Assembly: GCA_951406725.2 (NCBI GenBank)
Contig: OX597815.1
Location: forward strand, 178,498,001-178,562,000
Length of the DNA: 64,000 bases
Reading direction: 5' to 3'
Origin: Octopus vulgaris
Lineage: Eukaryota
Part shown: positions 51,267 through 63,248 of the stretch, piece after piece
Numbering within the stretch: the stretch's first letter is position 1
How the letters are laid out: the number at the start of each line of letters is the position of its first letter
The notes under the pieces: model-generated
What the model was told of the DNA's origin: nothing
The model's input: the letters and a program-made list of their open reading frames with translations, nothing else
Databases searched by the model: none
Position numbers and translations under genes: made by a program

Positions 51267-51270
<4 letters not shown>
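51040..51270. mobile_element. Palindromic derivative of a subterminal-inverted-repeat element (Helentron/HINE-like)
   Basis: 88-bp arms 51089-51176 / 51183-51270 with a 6-nt loop; both ends shared with 59745-60096. Confidence 0.7.
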
Positions 51271-51312
<42 letters not shown>

Positions 51313-51320
<8 letters not shown>

Positions 51321-52224
51321 GTAAAAAATAAATACAGACATGGACAAGAACATGAAACACCAAAGAGACGACACAAGAACCACAGGACGGGACATTCGAA
51401 GCCCTCAGTCATCAGTCAAGAACCAGATCATTTTCGAAATTTCGGCTGATTAATCTTGAGATTGCTCCGATCTGGGCAGCCCCCAAAGGAAAATCTAAGC
51501 CAAGCGCATTAGATCCCTTGGAAGAAAGCTTCGAATGTATACAACACGAGGACGGAAAACGAACGAAGTACACGAACAAAAATACAGAATACGTGACACC
51601 AATAGGGAAAGCACGAATAAGAATACAAAAACGTAAAAACAATAACGGTAAAGATAAAAAACAAAACAAAACCAGGACGTAGGACAAGGGTCTTTCGACA
51701 GGATGAGTTGAGTTGGGGCTGGCTTATGAAGTAGTGCCTAATGGCCGCAGGGAGACGAACAAATACGTGTTGCTTCGACGACTGCTGGAACGAAAAGGGC
51801 GCCCAGCAGTGGCTAGCGGTCACGTGAGAACAAAAGACAGGAGAAAGGGACAGATGAAGAGAGAGAGAAGGTGGACGAGGGAGGAGAAGAAAGAGACAGA
51901 TCGAGGGGACTGGAGGTGAGAGAGATAGAGAAACGTAGAAGGGGGGACGGATGGAGAGGGAAAGAAAGGAAGGGGAATAAGGGAGGAGAGAGAGAGAGAG
52001 AAAGAGACAGATCAAGAGTCGTATCAATGCTAGAGAAAAAATATACTTATCGTATAAGGACAATTGTGGATACGTAGCCGCCGATTATATATGTAAACAG
52101 TAAAAAATAAATACAGACATGGACAAGAACATGAAACACCAAAGAGACGACACAAGAACCACAGGACGGGACATTCGAAGCCCTCAGTCATCAGTCAAGA
52201 ACCAGATCATTTTCGCAATTTCGG

Positions 52225-52229
<5 letters not shown>
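51313..52229. mobile_element. Non-coding element with 138-bp direct terminal repeats (779-bp period) inside (TA)n; Penelope-like partial tandem
   Basis: 51313-51450 matches 52092-52229 almost perfectly; (TA)n on both flanks; no TG..CA LTR pair or PBS seen. Confidence 0.75.
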
Positions 52230-52292
<63 letters not shown>

Positions 52293-52295
<3 letters not shown>

Positions 52296-52500
52296 GGTTG
52301 GACAAAAGTCACTCGACAGTGAATCAAAATTCCATAAATACTATCTATAATCCTGTATTGACTCGAATGGAAAAATACGTTGCTCAAGAAGGACTTCAGT
52401 TTGAACGGTTTTCATGAAGTTTCATTTTTGGATGCTTTTATTAAATTCATTCAGTTGTTACACATAAATAAATCTTGCAATTAAATCGTTTTAGCTTACT
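52293..52500 (+). mobile_element. Left end of a Tc1/mariner-type element
   Basis: TA|CAGGGTTGGACAAAAGTCACT resembles the reverse complement of the TIR at 48645-48662. Right limit uncertain. Confidence 0.5.
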
Positions 52501-53047
52501 ATACCACCTTAAGCTGGCCGGCCCTATGCTCAAAAGAAGAGCACGGCACTTAGCTCCTACCACCAGTATAGACTGCAGCCCCAATCGTACCGACAGTCCC
52601 AACTAAGCACAGCCAAATTTCAATCCAGTACTACCAAATCTGGTTAGTCCCAAGGAAATACTGCCGATGCTATAATGTTAGTCCTCTCCTAACCCGCGAA
52701 GACACATTTCTGGCAGCAAACGCAATAACGCTAAATAAGCGCTACCGCAGCCTCCAGACATGGTGACTACAGCTGTCTATCAACATCCAGTCCGACCACA
52801 TGAACCAAAGAGCATTTCCAAAGCAATGACATCACGTGACCTGCGTTGACCAATAGACGCCTAACATCAAGCAGCCATCTTGAAGCCGTTTCATTTCCTA
52901 TTACTTGAACCCAAAACGTCTGATGTGTTAGGTATATTTCACGAGACTACGAAGCTGTAAGTTGCATGCAGTCGCGTGTGTGAGTGTGTGTTTGTGTGTG
53001 CGAATAAATAAACGCTGGATTTAAATGTGAGCTGCTATAAGTATGAT

Positions 53048-53195
53048 ATGGTTCAAATGTACAAAACTCAAAAGACAGAGATAGGTGAGGAAACAACCGA
53101 CTCAGGGAAAATGTGAAGGTCTTTGACGTTTCGATCCTACGCTCTTCGACAGAAAGGAATGAGAAAAGAAAACAGTGACAAAAAAACATGTCTGG
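53048..53195 (-). mobile_element. Hammerhead-like family B element
   Basis: Minus strand CTTTCTGTCGAAGAGCGTAGGATCGAAACGTCAAAG at 53121-53156. Confidence 0.7.
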
Positions 53196-53560
53196 TTTAA
53201 CGGTTTCACAAATGGAATTGAGTGGAAGGATATGGTTGAATGGAAGGGGAGATAACAGTAACCTGTTTAAGATATGTGTGCAAGAGCGTGTGTGCATGTG
53301 AACATCATGCGTGTGAATGTATATGTGCGTATGGGCATTTACAGATAAAGTGGCATCTTACAGACAAAGTGTCTCTGTTGCCAGACAACTGATAAGTTAG
53401 GTTCGATCTACAAGTCTACGAAACCAAGTTCTATAGAGCAGGGATAGATTGTTGTAACATATATGTGTCTGTGTGTATGTATGTGTATATATGTATGTAT
53501 GTATGTGTGTGTATGTATGTATGTATGAATGTATGTAGACAGACAGACAGACAGACAGAC

Positions 53561-53639
<79 letters not shown>

Positions 53640-53642
<3 letters not shown>

Positions 53643-53797
53643 TTCAAATTTACAAAAAACGAAAGCCGAAGACAGGTGTAGAACAACAAACAGGTGTAAT
53701 AGTTTGACGCTCGGGAAGAAAGGGAAAGTCTTTGACGTTTCGAGCCTACGCTCTTCGACAGAAAGTATTAAAGGAAAAGAAACGGAATGTGAAAAAT
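53640..53797 (-). mobile_element. Hammerhead-like family B element (best-preserved copy)
   Basis: 53730-53765 minus: CTTT-CTGTCGA-A-GAGC(GTAG)GCTC-GAAA-CG-TC-AAAG; end abuts (GATA)n. Confidence 0.75.
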
Positions 53798-54199
53798 GTG
53801 TGTGTGTGTGTACCCACACATACACACACACACACACGGAGGTTTGGTAATATTTCTAATTTATGCTATAGTACGAGTTATTTCGCCGCTGTTTTGAATT
53901 GTCTAATTACATAAACATTTTGAATTGAGAAATAATGTCACGGTGACGTACCACATATTACGAGATGATAACCGATCGAAACGACCGTGATTTGGTCTCT
54001 AATATAAATGAAATATAAAATTGGAAAATCCTGTCACGTACGAAGCATTAAATTTTAAACAGTTTTATTTAGTCTGAAACTGTCATCGAGAAAGACACAA
54101 AATGCAAAATGCATCTACAGACACACATAAACACACACGCACACATTCTCATCTCCACACATACACATGTGTATGCATGTATATGTATATACATACATG

Positions 54200-54233
<34 letters not shown>

Positions 54234-54367
54234 TACATACATACATATATATATATATGTATATGCATGTATAAGTATGTAAATATACGTGTACTTATAT
54301 ATGTCTATGGATGTTTTTGCGCGTATATATATATATATATACATGAATGCACACACACACACAGATA

Positions 54368-54411
<44 letters not shown>

Positions 54412-54909
54412 CATGAATACACACACAGAGATATATGTGTATGTATGTATATATATGTATGTATATATGTATATACATGTGTGTATATATATATATCTAT
54501 ATATATATACACACACATTCACGTAATAATTTCATTTGATTGTTAACCCTGGAGTTTACCCTATTAAGGTCATCCGTAGGTCCAGGCTATCAGACGGATG
54601 ATAATCCGGAGATCGTTCTACCTTGACAATCCACAAATAATGACAATTATAACGGAGAAGAATGCAGTGAATAATTCCTTTTATTTCATTTATTTACAAT
54701 TGTTTCATCGAACATTGATCTCATGATTATTACTATATTATTCAATAATATATACACCCTTTACATCGTGATGTGTCGCAGACTGTCCGAATTGGTCATT
54801 CCAGAAGCCTGAAAGTGTCAGACTCCCGTTACAGGCCTGCAAATATTGAAGTAGCAGGGAACCAAATCGAACTGTATTAGATGATATATATATATATAAA
54901 CTATAAAAA

Positions 54910-55140
54910 GGCTGCGAGCTGGCAGAAACGTTAGCACGCCGGGCGAAATGCGTAGCCGTATTTCGTCTGTCGTTACGTTCCGAGTTCAAATTCTGCCGAG
55001 GTCGACTTTGCCTTTCATCCTATCGGGGTCGATAAATTAAGTACCAGTTACGCACTGGGGTCGATGTAATCTACTTAACCCCTTTGTCTGTCCTTGCTTG
55101 TCCCCTCTGTGTTTAGCCCCTTGTGGGTAGTAAAGAAATA
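54910..55140 (+). mobile_element. SINE family 1, monomer
   Basis: Full head, core and tail ending AAGAAATA. Confidence 0.9.
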
Positions 55141-55202
55141 TATATATATAAATTATTAAGTTTCAGTCCAGATACCTTCGTTAGGCAATCCGAATGTGTG
55201 TG

Positions 55203-55294
<92 letters not shown>

Positions 55295-55543
55295 TGTAAC
55301 AGTGCGCTCACAAATATCATCTACGTTACGTAAGAGTTTTGTGTCTCAAAATCATGCTAAAACGTGAAATTCTGTAGCGGGTAAACGTATTCGCCAGTAA
55401 TTTCGGGAAAGAGGTCACGCGTTACAGAAGTCCATACAATAGTCAGATTTTCAGGTGTGCCAGGTGCTTCTGTAATGCAGGTGACACCTGCATTACATAC
55501 ATGTATACACTGGTGTGTGTGCGCGTGTGTTCCTGTTTGTGTA

Positions 55544-56021
55544 CAGTAACCACTCGCCATATAGCGGTTCACCTATCCTGGCCTCAGTACATCACGGATT
55601 TTTCTCGCTAATATATATAAATTTATATCGCGGGTTTCTGCGGCCGATAGGTATTTAGATTTTTTTAGATTTTAATTATTTCTGTGGTAAAAGAAGCATT
55701 TTCACACCTAAAGATTAATAAATTAATAAATAAAAATACAGTAAAGTAATGCACGGTGTAACACATTAATTAAAATAAATTAAAAGAAAATACGTAGTGT
55801 ACCATAGATGAGTAAACAAAGAATCCCGCATACTGTATGGGAAACGAAACTTAGGAGGTAAATGTGTGGTGTTGTTTTGCATTTATAATAAAATAAATAT
55901 ATACAAATTATAAAAATATTAATAATAAAATATACAATGGAATACTGTTTCTATTTCGCGGATTTTCACCTAGTGCGGTGGATTTTGTAACGGGATACCC
56001 GCGATATTCGGGGATATACTT
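55544..56021. mobile_element. Tigger/pogo-like MITE
   Basis: TA|CAGTAACCACTCGCCATATAGCGG ... CCGCGATATTCGGGGATATACT imperfect TIRs, internal TCGCGG/TTCACCTA repeats, AT-rich core. Confidence 0.6.
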
Positions 56022-56399
56022 AATGTACTGTGTAGTCTTCTTTTCCCCTTCCATTTTGCACTTTCTGTTTCATATCTTGAGAGTGGGCGGTTGAGCTAAC
56101 AAACAAGTCAGTTCATCTCCGCTGCCGAATTCTCACCTTTACAAACAGTATGAGTTGTGACTTGGGAAGGAAGGATGAGGACTGAAAAAAGTGTTTCGAC
56201 TACGAACTGACGTATTGACACTCTTCGTCAGCCTTAGTATATCAGATTACGATGTTCGTCAATGTGGACGCGAACGTATGCAAATTGCAACTTTTAATGA
56301 AAAGTCTTTTTATAAATAATCTCTGCCGACATAAGCCACCACCAAGTTCCTCTAACTGCTGTTATATGTGTGCGCGCGCATGTATGTGCGCGTGCGTGC

Positions 56400-56442
<43 letters not shown>

Positions 56443-57003
56443 TGTTTGTGTGTGTGTGTGTGTGTTTAAATCTGAATGTCGACTTCGTATTTAATTCTTT
56501 CCTTTGTTGTATTCAATTTGACTTTAGTTATTTTTTCTTCTCCTTTACTCTCTCTCCCTCTCTCCATCTATCTTTCTATCTATCCATCTATATATATATA
56601 TATATTATCTATGTATTTGTCTAATTTTAACTATCACTAATTGTCTATTCTTCTTTCTCTCCATTTCTTCTCAATTGTTTCTTTCGTATCTGATGGAATA
56701 CCTTTCTTTCTTCTCTACAATCACAATCCTACTTCTCTTTCTCTCTTCCTTCCTTACACTGTTTCTTCCCCGTCTTCGTATAATTTCTTTCTTACACACT
56801 GTCTCTCGCTCACCTTTTCCCATAATCCCATATTCTCATTAGTAACGTTGTTCAGGTGCCACCAACTAGTTATAGTCGGACTAATAAGGCGCATGATAGA
56901 TTTATTCTCCAGGCTGATTAATTGAAGCAATTGTTAAATCAACTGCGAAAGAAACAACCCAAAGCGATGTCTAAGCTTATAGAACAATCACAGGCGTGTG
57001 TGC

Positions 57004-57086
<83 letters not shown>

Positions 57087-59214
57087 CAAAAACAGACTTT
57101 CGAGAAAAGACTCCAACAGCGACCAGAGTGAACTGGTTAAAATGTAACTTATGTCCCGAATACTTTTCCTGAAACAAAAATTATCTCAGAACTTGCTAAG
57201 ACTTGTCTTCATCTCACTTATATGAAACCAATAATTCTTACACCGCATATTTCTGTTTATTATCTTTGCCATTTTGTAGCCTAGATTTGATTCCGGAGCT
57301 AAAGTAATACTCGGTTCCGAGCTTTTAATAATTTTTAATGGAATGTTCAAAGATAACATTTCAGTCGCAAAGACTTAAAATGCAATTTCTGTCTACAGAA
57401 AAATAGACTTAATGCAAAAGATAAAGGAAGAAAGTTTGGTGAAATCTCAGGAAATCGGTTGTAGCTATCGCCGATAATGAGAGCTTAACGTCTGATTCCC
57501 GATGAAGACGCAGTAACAATGTAAAGCTGATTTCAGTACAAAACCCGTCATTATATATAATTTGTGGCGCTAGTACATCGGTCGGTCTGGATTTTGTTTG
57601 CACTAAATAAAACAAAGATCGACATTAACCAGAATGGTTTGTGTGACATTTATCTTTGAACACCCACAGAGGTAAATAATTTATACGTCATTTGTAAATA
57701 ACACATTTGCAATACTTTAATTGCAACAACAGGGACGGTGGAGTGTTAGAAAAGGAAGAATTCTGGATTCTAATCTCACCTGTACTGACTTTACCTTACT
57801 CCATTGATTCAAATGAAATCGGTTCTAACTTTACCCTAGCGTGGAGATTACTGGTTTTGTTCTATTACGTAAAAAAAACAATATAATTTGCATAAATATA
57901 CAGTTTTTATGTCTATTTGTCATTCACTTCCCTATTTATGCGAAGCTTTAACAAGATTTCTACATGTTCTAAAGAGTCATACATTTCAGGTGTGTACACA
58001 AACACTTGACAAGCCTCAATTAAAAAGGTGAACTGTCATAAATTTGCTTTCATACTGGTGAATTTTCGAGTCGGGTGCTCTTTACTATAGAATCTATCTT
58101 CTATACATGAGTTCCTCTTCGGTGGCTTCTCTAAAGCACATGTCATATTTCAGAGATGCCATCCACATGAAAAAAGAACAATAAGTTAGGTAAATTACAA
58201 ATGAGTTGTTAAATTTCTAAGGAATTATATTTTTTTAATCTAACAAGTCTGATGCATTTACTAAATGTATCGTTGATGAGGCTCAAATAAGAGCTAAACA
58301 TCCGCGATTTTATCTCCCCCTGGTGCCATGAAAAGAAATTCAATATTAGTCAATGACGCAGATATATTTCTAGTTAAGCTCTTATTGTTCACTACATTAG
58401 ATATTACTTCATTTGATATCTAAATTCCTTAATACTTTGAGGTTTCTATTTTTTTTTTCTTTTTAGAGTTGCATGCACCACAGTTCTTAGAATAATATAT
58501 ATTATGATCCTTTAAATCTTCCATAGAAACATTTTCGAGGCAAACTTTAGTAGATCGTGTGTTTCTAAATAGTCTCTCAATAACAGTGAAATAGTATGCA
58601 AAGTCACTTGGAGACGGACATATTGCTAACTATGGAAGTTACTCGAATTCTGTTGCCATATTTTGCTGGTGATATTAATGGAAATTTTTGCTGTCCATTC
58701 CGAAAATGTGTCCGAATGACATATCGATGATGCCAAAGACTAATCAAGAATGTCTACACACACTTGCCTGCAGACAGAACGCTTACAAAGTTGCGTGTCG
58801 CTAAATTTGTTTGATTATTGAACGATGAAGTGAGAATATAGATATTTGTTGTGGAAAATTCTTTGATTTTTATCTTACTCATCACCTAGTTACCTACATT
58901 ATAGGGCAACACAGTTCGTACAGATAAATGTATTGTAGAGACACATATGTAGCCTTTCGTCCGCAAGTTAACACGCAGACTACATTGATTTATATTAAGC
59001 TGTCGCCAGCAATTTCCTCAGTCTTGTATCTTCAACTTTGTGAAGAAAAGATCTGTTTTTTGTTATTATTCTCACTTCTCAAGTATTTCGTTTTGATGAT
59101 TGTAAAGTCTCTCTGCTAAAGAAGAACTATTTTTCATGCTATGAAGTCTGTCCCATGATCTGCCAGATAACCCTGCACATAAAATTCCCATTCTCAAGTG
59201 TATCTGGTTTCATA

Positions 59215-59639
59215 GGCGCAGGAGAGGCTGTGTGGTAAGTAGTTTGCTTATGAACCACATGGTTCCAGGTTCAGTCCCACTGCGTGGTACCTTGGGCAAG
59301 TGTCTTCTACTATAGCCTCGAGCCGACCAAAGCCTTGAGAGTGGATTTGGTAGACGGAAACTGAAAGAAGCCCGTCGTATATATGTATATATATATATAT
59401 ATATATATGCGTGTGTGTGTTTGTGTGTCTGTGTTTGTCCCCCTAGCATTGCTTGACAACCGATGCTGGTGTGTTTATGTCCCCGTTATTTAGCGGTTCG
59501 GCAAAAGAGACCGATAGAATAAGTAATGGGCTTACAAAAGAATAAGTCCCGGGGTCAATTTGCTTGACTAAAGGCGGTGCTCCAGCATGGCTGCAGCCAA
59601 ATGACTGAAACAAGTAAAAGAGTAAAAGAGTAAAAGAGT
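59215..59639 (+). mobile_element. SINE family 2, full length with 33-bp flanking duplication
   Basis: Duplication at 59179-59211 and 59640-59672 (one mismatch); (GTAAAAGA)n tail. Confidence 0.92.
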
Positions 59640-59744
59640 ATAAAATTCACATTCTCAAGTGTATCTGGTTTCTGGTGCTAACGACTTCATAACACAAGTT
59701 TTAACCTCTACTTTTCTAAATAATTAACAGACATTTTTTTTATT

Positions 59745-60096
59745 GCAATAATAAATCTCTGAATGAGATGTAAACAGTAACTGTTCGACAACGTAAAGTA
59801 TACTAGCCATCTAGAAATCAGTGACGGAAGTTACTGGAAAAACAATAAATAAATATTTGCAAACAGGTTTCCCTTCATCGAAAACCGGTGATTGCCGTAC
59901 GCCGAAGACAGGCAAATACCTAGAAACTGCAGTCCGTGCAGATCACTTAGGTTTACTAGAGAGGGATGACCTCCCTTTGCAAATACCCTAAGGGCACAGA
60001 AAGTGTGCCTAAAGCCAGCTGGAGACGATGATCTCCTGGGGCTAAAAGCTACAGTAACACCCACCCTTAGTGGTTAGCCATAGTATACTTTACGTT
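59745..60096. mobile_element. Subterminal-inverted-repeat element (Helentron/HINE-like) between T-runs
   Basis: AACGTAAAGTATACTA (59790-59805) / TAGTATACTTTACGTT (60081-60096). A 45-bp extension with short hairpins lies outside the left repeat and is shared with 51040. Confidence 0.6.
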
Positions 60097-60602
60097 ATTT
60101 TTTTTTATTATTATTCTTAAACATTTACAGTAAAAATTTCACAATACTGTTAAAGATAAAATCGGTTATGCTCCTTCCCCAAACTATATAAGCAATATTA
60201 TAAAACATTATTCAAGTGGTATATTAGAAAAATCATGAAAAATGCTTTGCGAAATATTTTCTAGATATTTTTTTTCTTAGTTCAAATGCTGCCAATATGG
60301 CTTTTCCTTTCCACCCTCTGGGGTCGATCAAGTGCAATACTTGTTAAATATTGGGCCTGGTATAATCGACTGCCCTCCTTAAATTTTGTGCCTATGTAAG
60401 AAATTATTCTTAATATTGTTGATTTGACTCAGGTTCGTCCTTATTCCTGACAGAATTTATGTGGGTAGCCGGTTACTACTTGTAAAGTTTGGTAGCTACA
60501 AATGTTCAGTATTCTTTCAAGTACTTAAGACTCGCCTAATCACCTTTCCTGTAGCTAAAAGGCAAATTTTCTGTAGCAGCTCTACACGATATTCTATTCT
60601 TC

Positions 60603-61015
60603 TTTCTTTATTGCCTACAAGGGGCTATACATAGAGGGAACAAACAAGGACAGACAAACGGATTAAGTCCATTACATCGACCCCAGTGCGTAACTGGAAT
60701 TTAGTTTATCGACCCCGAAAGGATAAAAGGCAAAGTCGACCTCAGCGAAATTTAAACTCAGAACGTAACGGCAGACGAAATACCTATTTCTTTACTACCC
60801 ACCAGGGGCCAAACACAGAAGGGACAAACAAGGACAGACAAACGAATTAAGTCGATTATATCGACCCCAGTGCGTAACTGGTACTTAATTTATCAACCCC
60901 GAAAGGATGAAAGGCAAAGTCGACCTCGGCGGAATTTGAACTCACAACGTAACGGTAGACGAAATACCGCTAAGCATTTCGCCCGGCGTGCTAACGTTTC
61001 TGCCAGCTCGCCGCC
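60603..61015 (-). mobile_element. SINE family 1, dimeric
   Basis: Head plus two units; junction GAAATACCTATTTC at ~60777. Confidence 0.9.
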
Positions 61016-61221
61016 CTTTCTATTTCTATTCTATTCTAATCTCCTTCAACCATTTGTCTATTTTTGCTTACAATTCCCAATGCACCAATTACTACAGGCA
61101 CAACCTTTACACTTTTCATATTCCAAATTCTTGCAATTCCAAATTTTAAAAGATTCTTTTTCTTTTCGTCTTTCTTTACAATCCTGTAGTCAAACGGATA
61201 TGATGGATCAATTAGTAGGCA

Positions 61222-61258
<37 letters not shown>

Positions 61259-61798
61259 TGTTATTGAGTGAGAGAGCAGCGCACGCCATCAAAGTGACAC
61301 TGGGGTATAAATGGACGATGCTCAATACACTCGTCATGACTACCCGTCTGATAAAGGTACACGAGGCACATGCATCACATATATATGCGACATGGTGATC
61401 TCATATCAAGATTAACAACGCATGACTTTATAGGTGAGGCCCAGTTAGAATTTCTTTTCGGGTCGAGTAGCCCATTCCGAATAAAAGGTCCCTGAATAAA
61501 GATTGTTTAAGGATGTTGAACGAAACACACGTGTATCCAGGGGTGAATTATTCAAATCCCAAAGAATCCCTCTCAACACATGGCTATGATGCTCCTCCAC
61601 TACTTCTGCTCGTGATCAGAGATGCACATATCGTCAGCCACTAAGTAACAACTGGTTACGGTCAAATAACTGCAAGCAAATCTTTAGTATTGAGCAGAAT
61701 ATTTACTGTAGCCCATCTTTTATACCATGACAAAACAATGTACATGAAACACTTCCGATCAGTTAAGATCAGAAGCCATATTGTTGTTGTTGTTGCTA

Positions 61799-61937
61799 TC
61801 AAATTCTGCTGAGGTTGACTCTCCCTTTCATCCTTTGGAGGGGGGTCGATAAAATAAGTACCAGTTAAACACTTGGGTCGATGCAATTGACTCATCACCG
61901 CACCCCAAACTGCTGCCCTTGTGACAAAATTTGAGAC

Positions 61938-61970
<33 letters not shown>

Positions 61971-62325
61971 CATTATTATTATTATTATTGTTGTTCAAAT
62001 TCCGCCGAGGTCGACTTTGCCTCTCATTCTTTCGGGATTCTATAAAATAAGTACCAGTTAAACACTGGGGTCGATGTAATCAACTCATCCCCCACCTCCC
62101 CAAGCTGCCCTTGTGGCAAAAAATTATAAATAATTATTATTAAGGCGGTGAGTTGGCAGAATCGTTAGCTCACTGGACAAAATGCTTGACGGCCGTTTTC
62201 ACGTTCTGAGTTCAAATTTCGCCGAGGTCGACTTAGACTTTTTTTCCTTCGGAGTCGACAATATAAGTATCGGCTAGCTCCCTCCCCTAAAATTTCAGGC
62301 CTTTTTGTCTATAGAACTATAGAAA
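61799..62325 (+). mobile_element. Cluster of three diverged SINE family 1 copies
   Basis: B box and core at ~61800, ~61995 and ~62205; head at 62144. Confidence 0.75.
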
Positions 62326-62328
62326 AAA

Positions 62329-62392
<64 letters not shown>

Positions 62393-63060
62393 GGTGGTGG
62401 TGGTAGTTGTGGTGGTGGTGCTGGTGGTGGTGTTGGTGGTAGTGGTGCTGGTGGTTCCAGTTATTATTTGAGAACGTTGGCGTTGTGTAAGGGATCCATA
62501 ATTCTTTATGAAATAGCATAGAAGAAATAATGGGTTGCAAGAGAAATTCTTCCAGTTCCTGTTGTTCCCCGAGATAAAAGGCACCAGGAAATAATGAGCT
62601 GTAGAGTGGAAAAGTACATTGAGGGAGATAATCTTCTATTCCGAACATCAGTGTGTGTGTGATCAGTAACCGGTGAACGAACAATAATGGAATCCAGCCT
62701 TGCAGTGAAGAAGCCGGATATCGACAAATGTTACAACCACAACTTCATATTGGCGTTGAGTGAATTTCCTTCATCTTTGCATTAAAGGTATTGTAAACGA
62801 CAAAATAATGTATGCAGAGAATGTTCTACTCAACTAAAACAAAAACCGAGAAGGGCAGTTTGTCATTAAAGAAATATTACACTTCCGATGTTTTCATATC
62901 AGAGTTAGAAGCCATTATTGTCTTTCATTCTTGTCCTTGTTGTTGTTGTTGTTGCTGCTGTTGTTTAATTCTTAGTTCTGATCGAGCAGCATTATTTTGA
63001 AAGCCATTTAATCTGTGATAGAAGAACAGTCTCTTTTAAACATAATGTTACTTGGACATT

Positions 63061-63248
63061 ATCGAATGTATCCTTCCCATTTTAAGACGGTTAGATCATG
63101 ATTTGATGGGGATTTGGTTGATATCGAATGTATCCTTCCCATTTTAAGACGGTTAGATCATGATTTGATGGGGATTTGGTTGATATCGAATGTATCCTTC
63201 CCATTTTAAGACGGTTAGAGCATGATTTGATGGGGATTTGGTTGATAT
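63061..63248 (+). repeat. 62-bp tandem repeat x3
   Basis: ATCGAATGTATCCTTCCCATTTTAAGACGG at 63061, 63123 and 63185. Confidence 0.95.

Noticed and set aside
48645-52313. Pairing the TIR at 48645-48662 with the TIR at 52293 as one transposon
   Set aside because: They face away from each other, so they are ends of two separate elements.
61266-61780. Probable interspersed repeat between (TTA)n and (TTG)n (similar suspicion for 45630-45900)
   Set aside because: Only one copy in the window, with no ORF, promoter boxes or termini I can verify.
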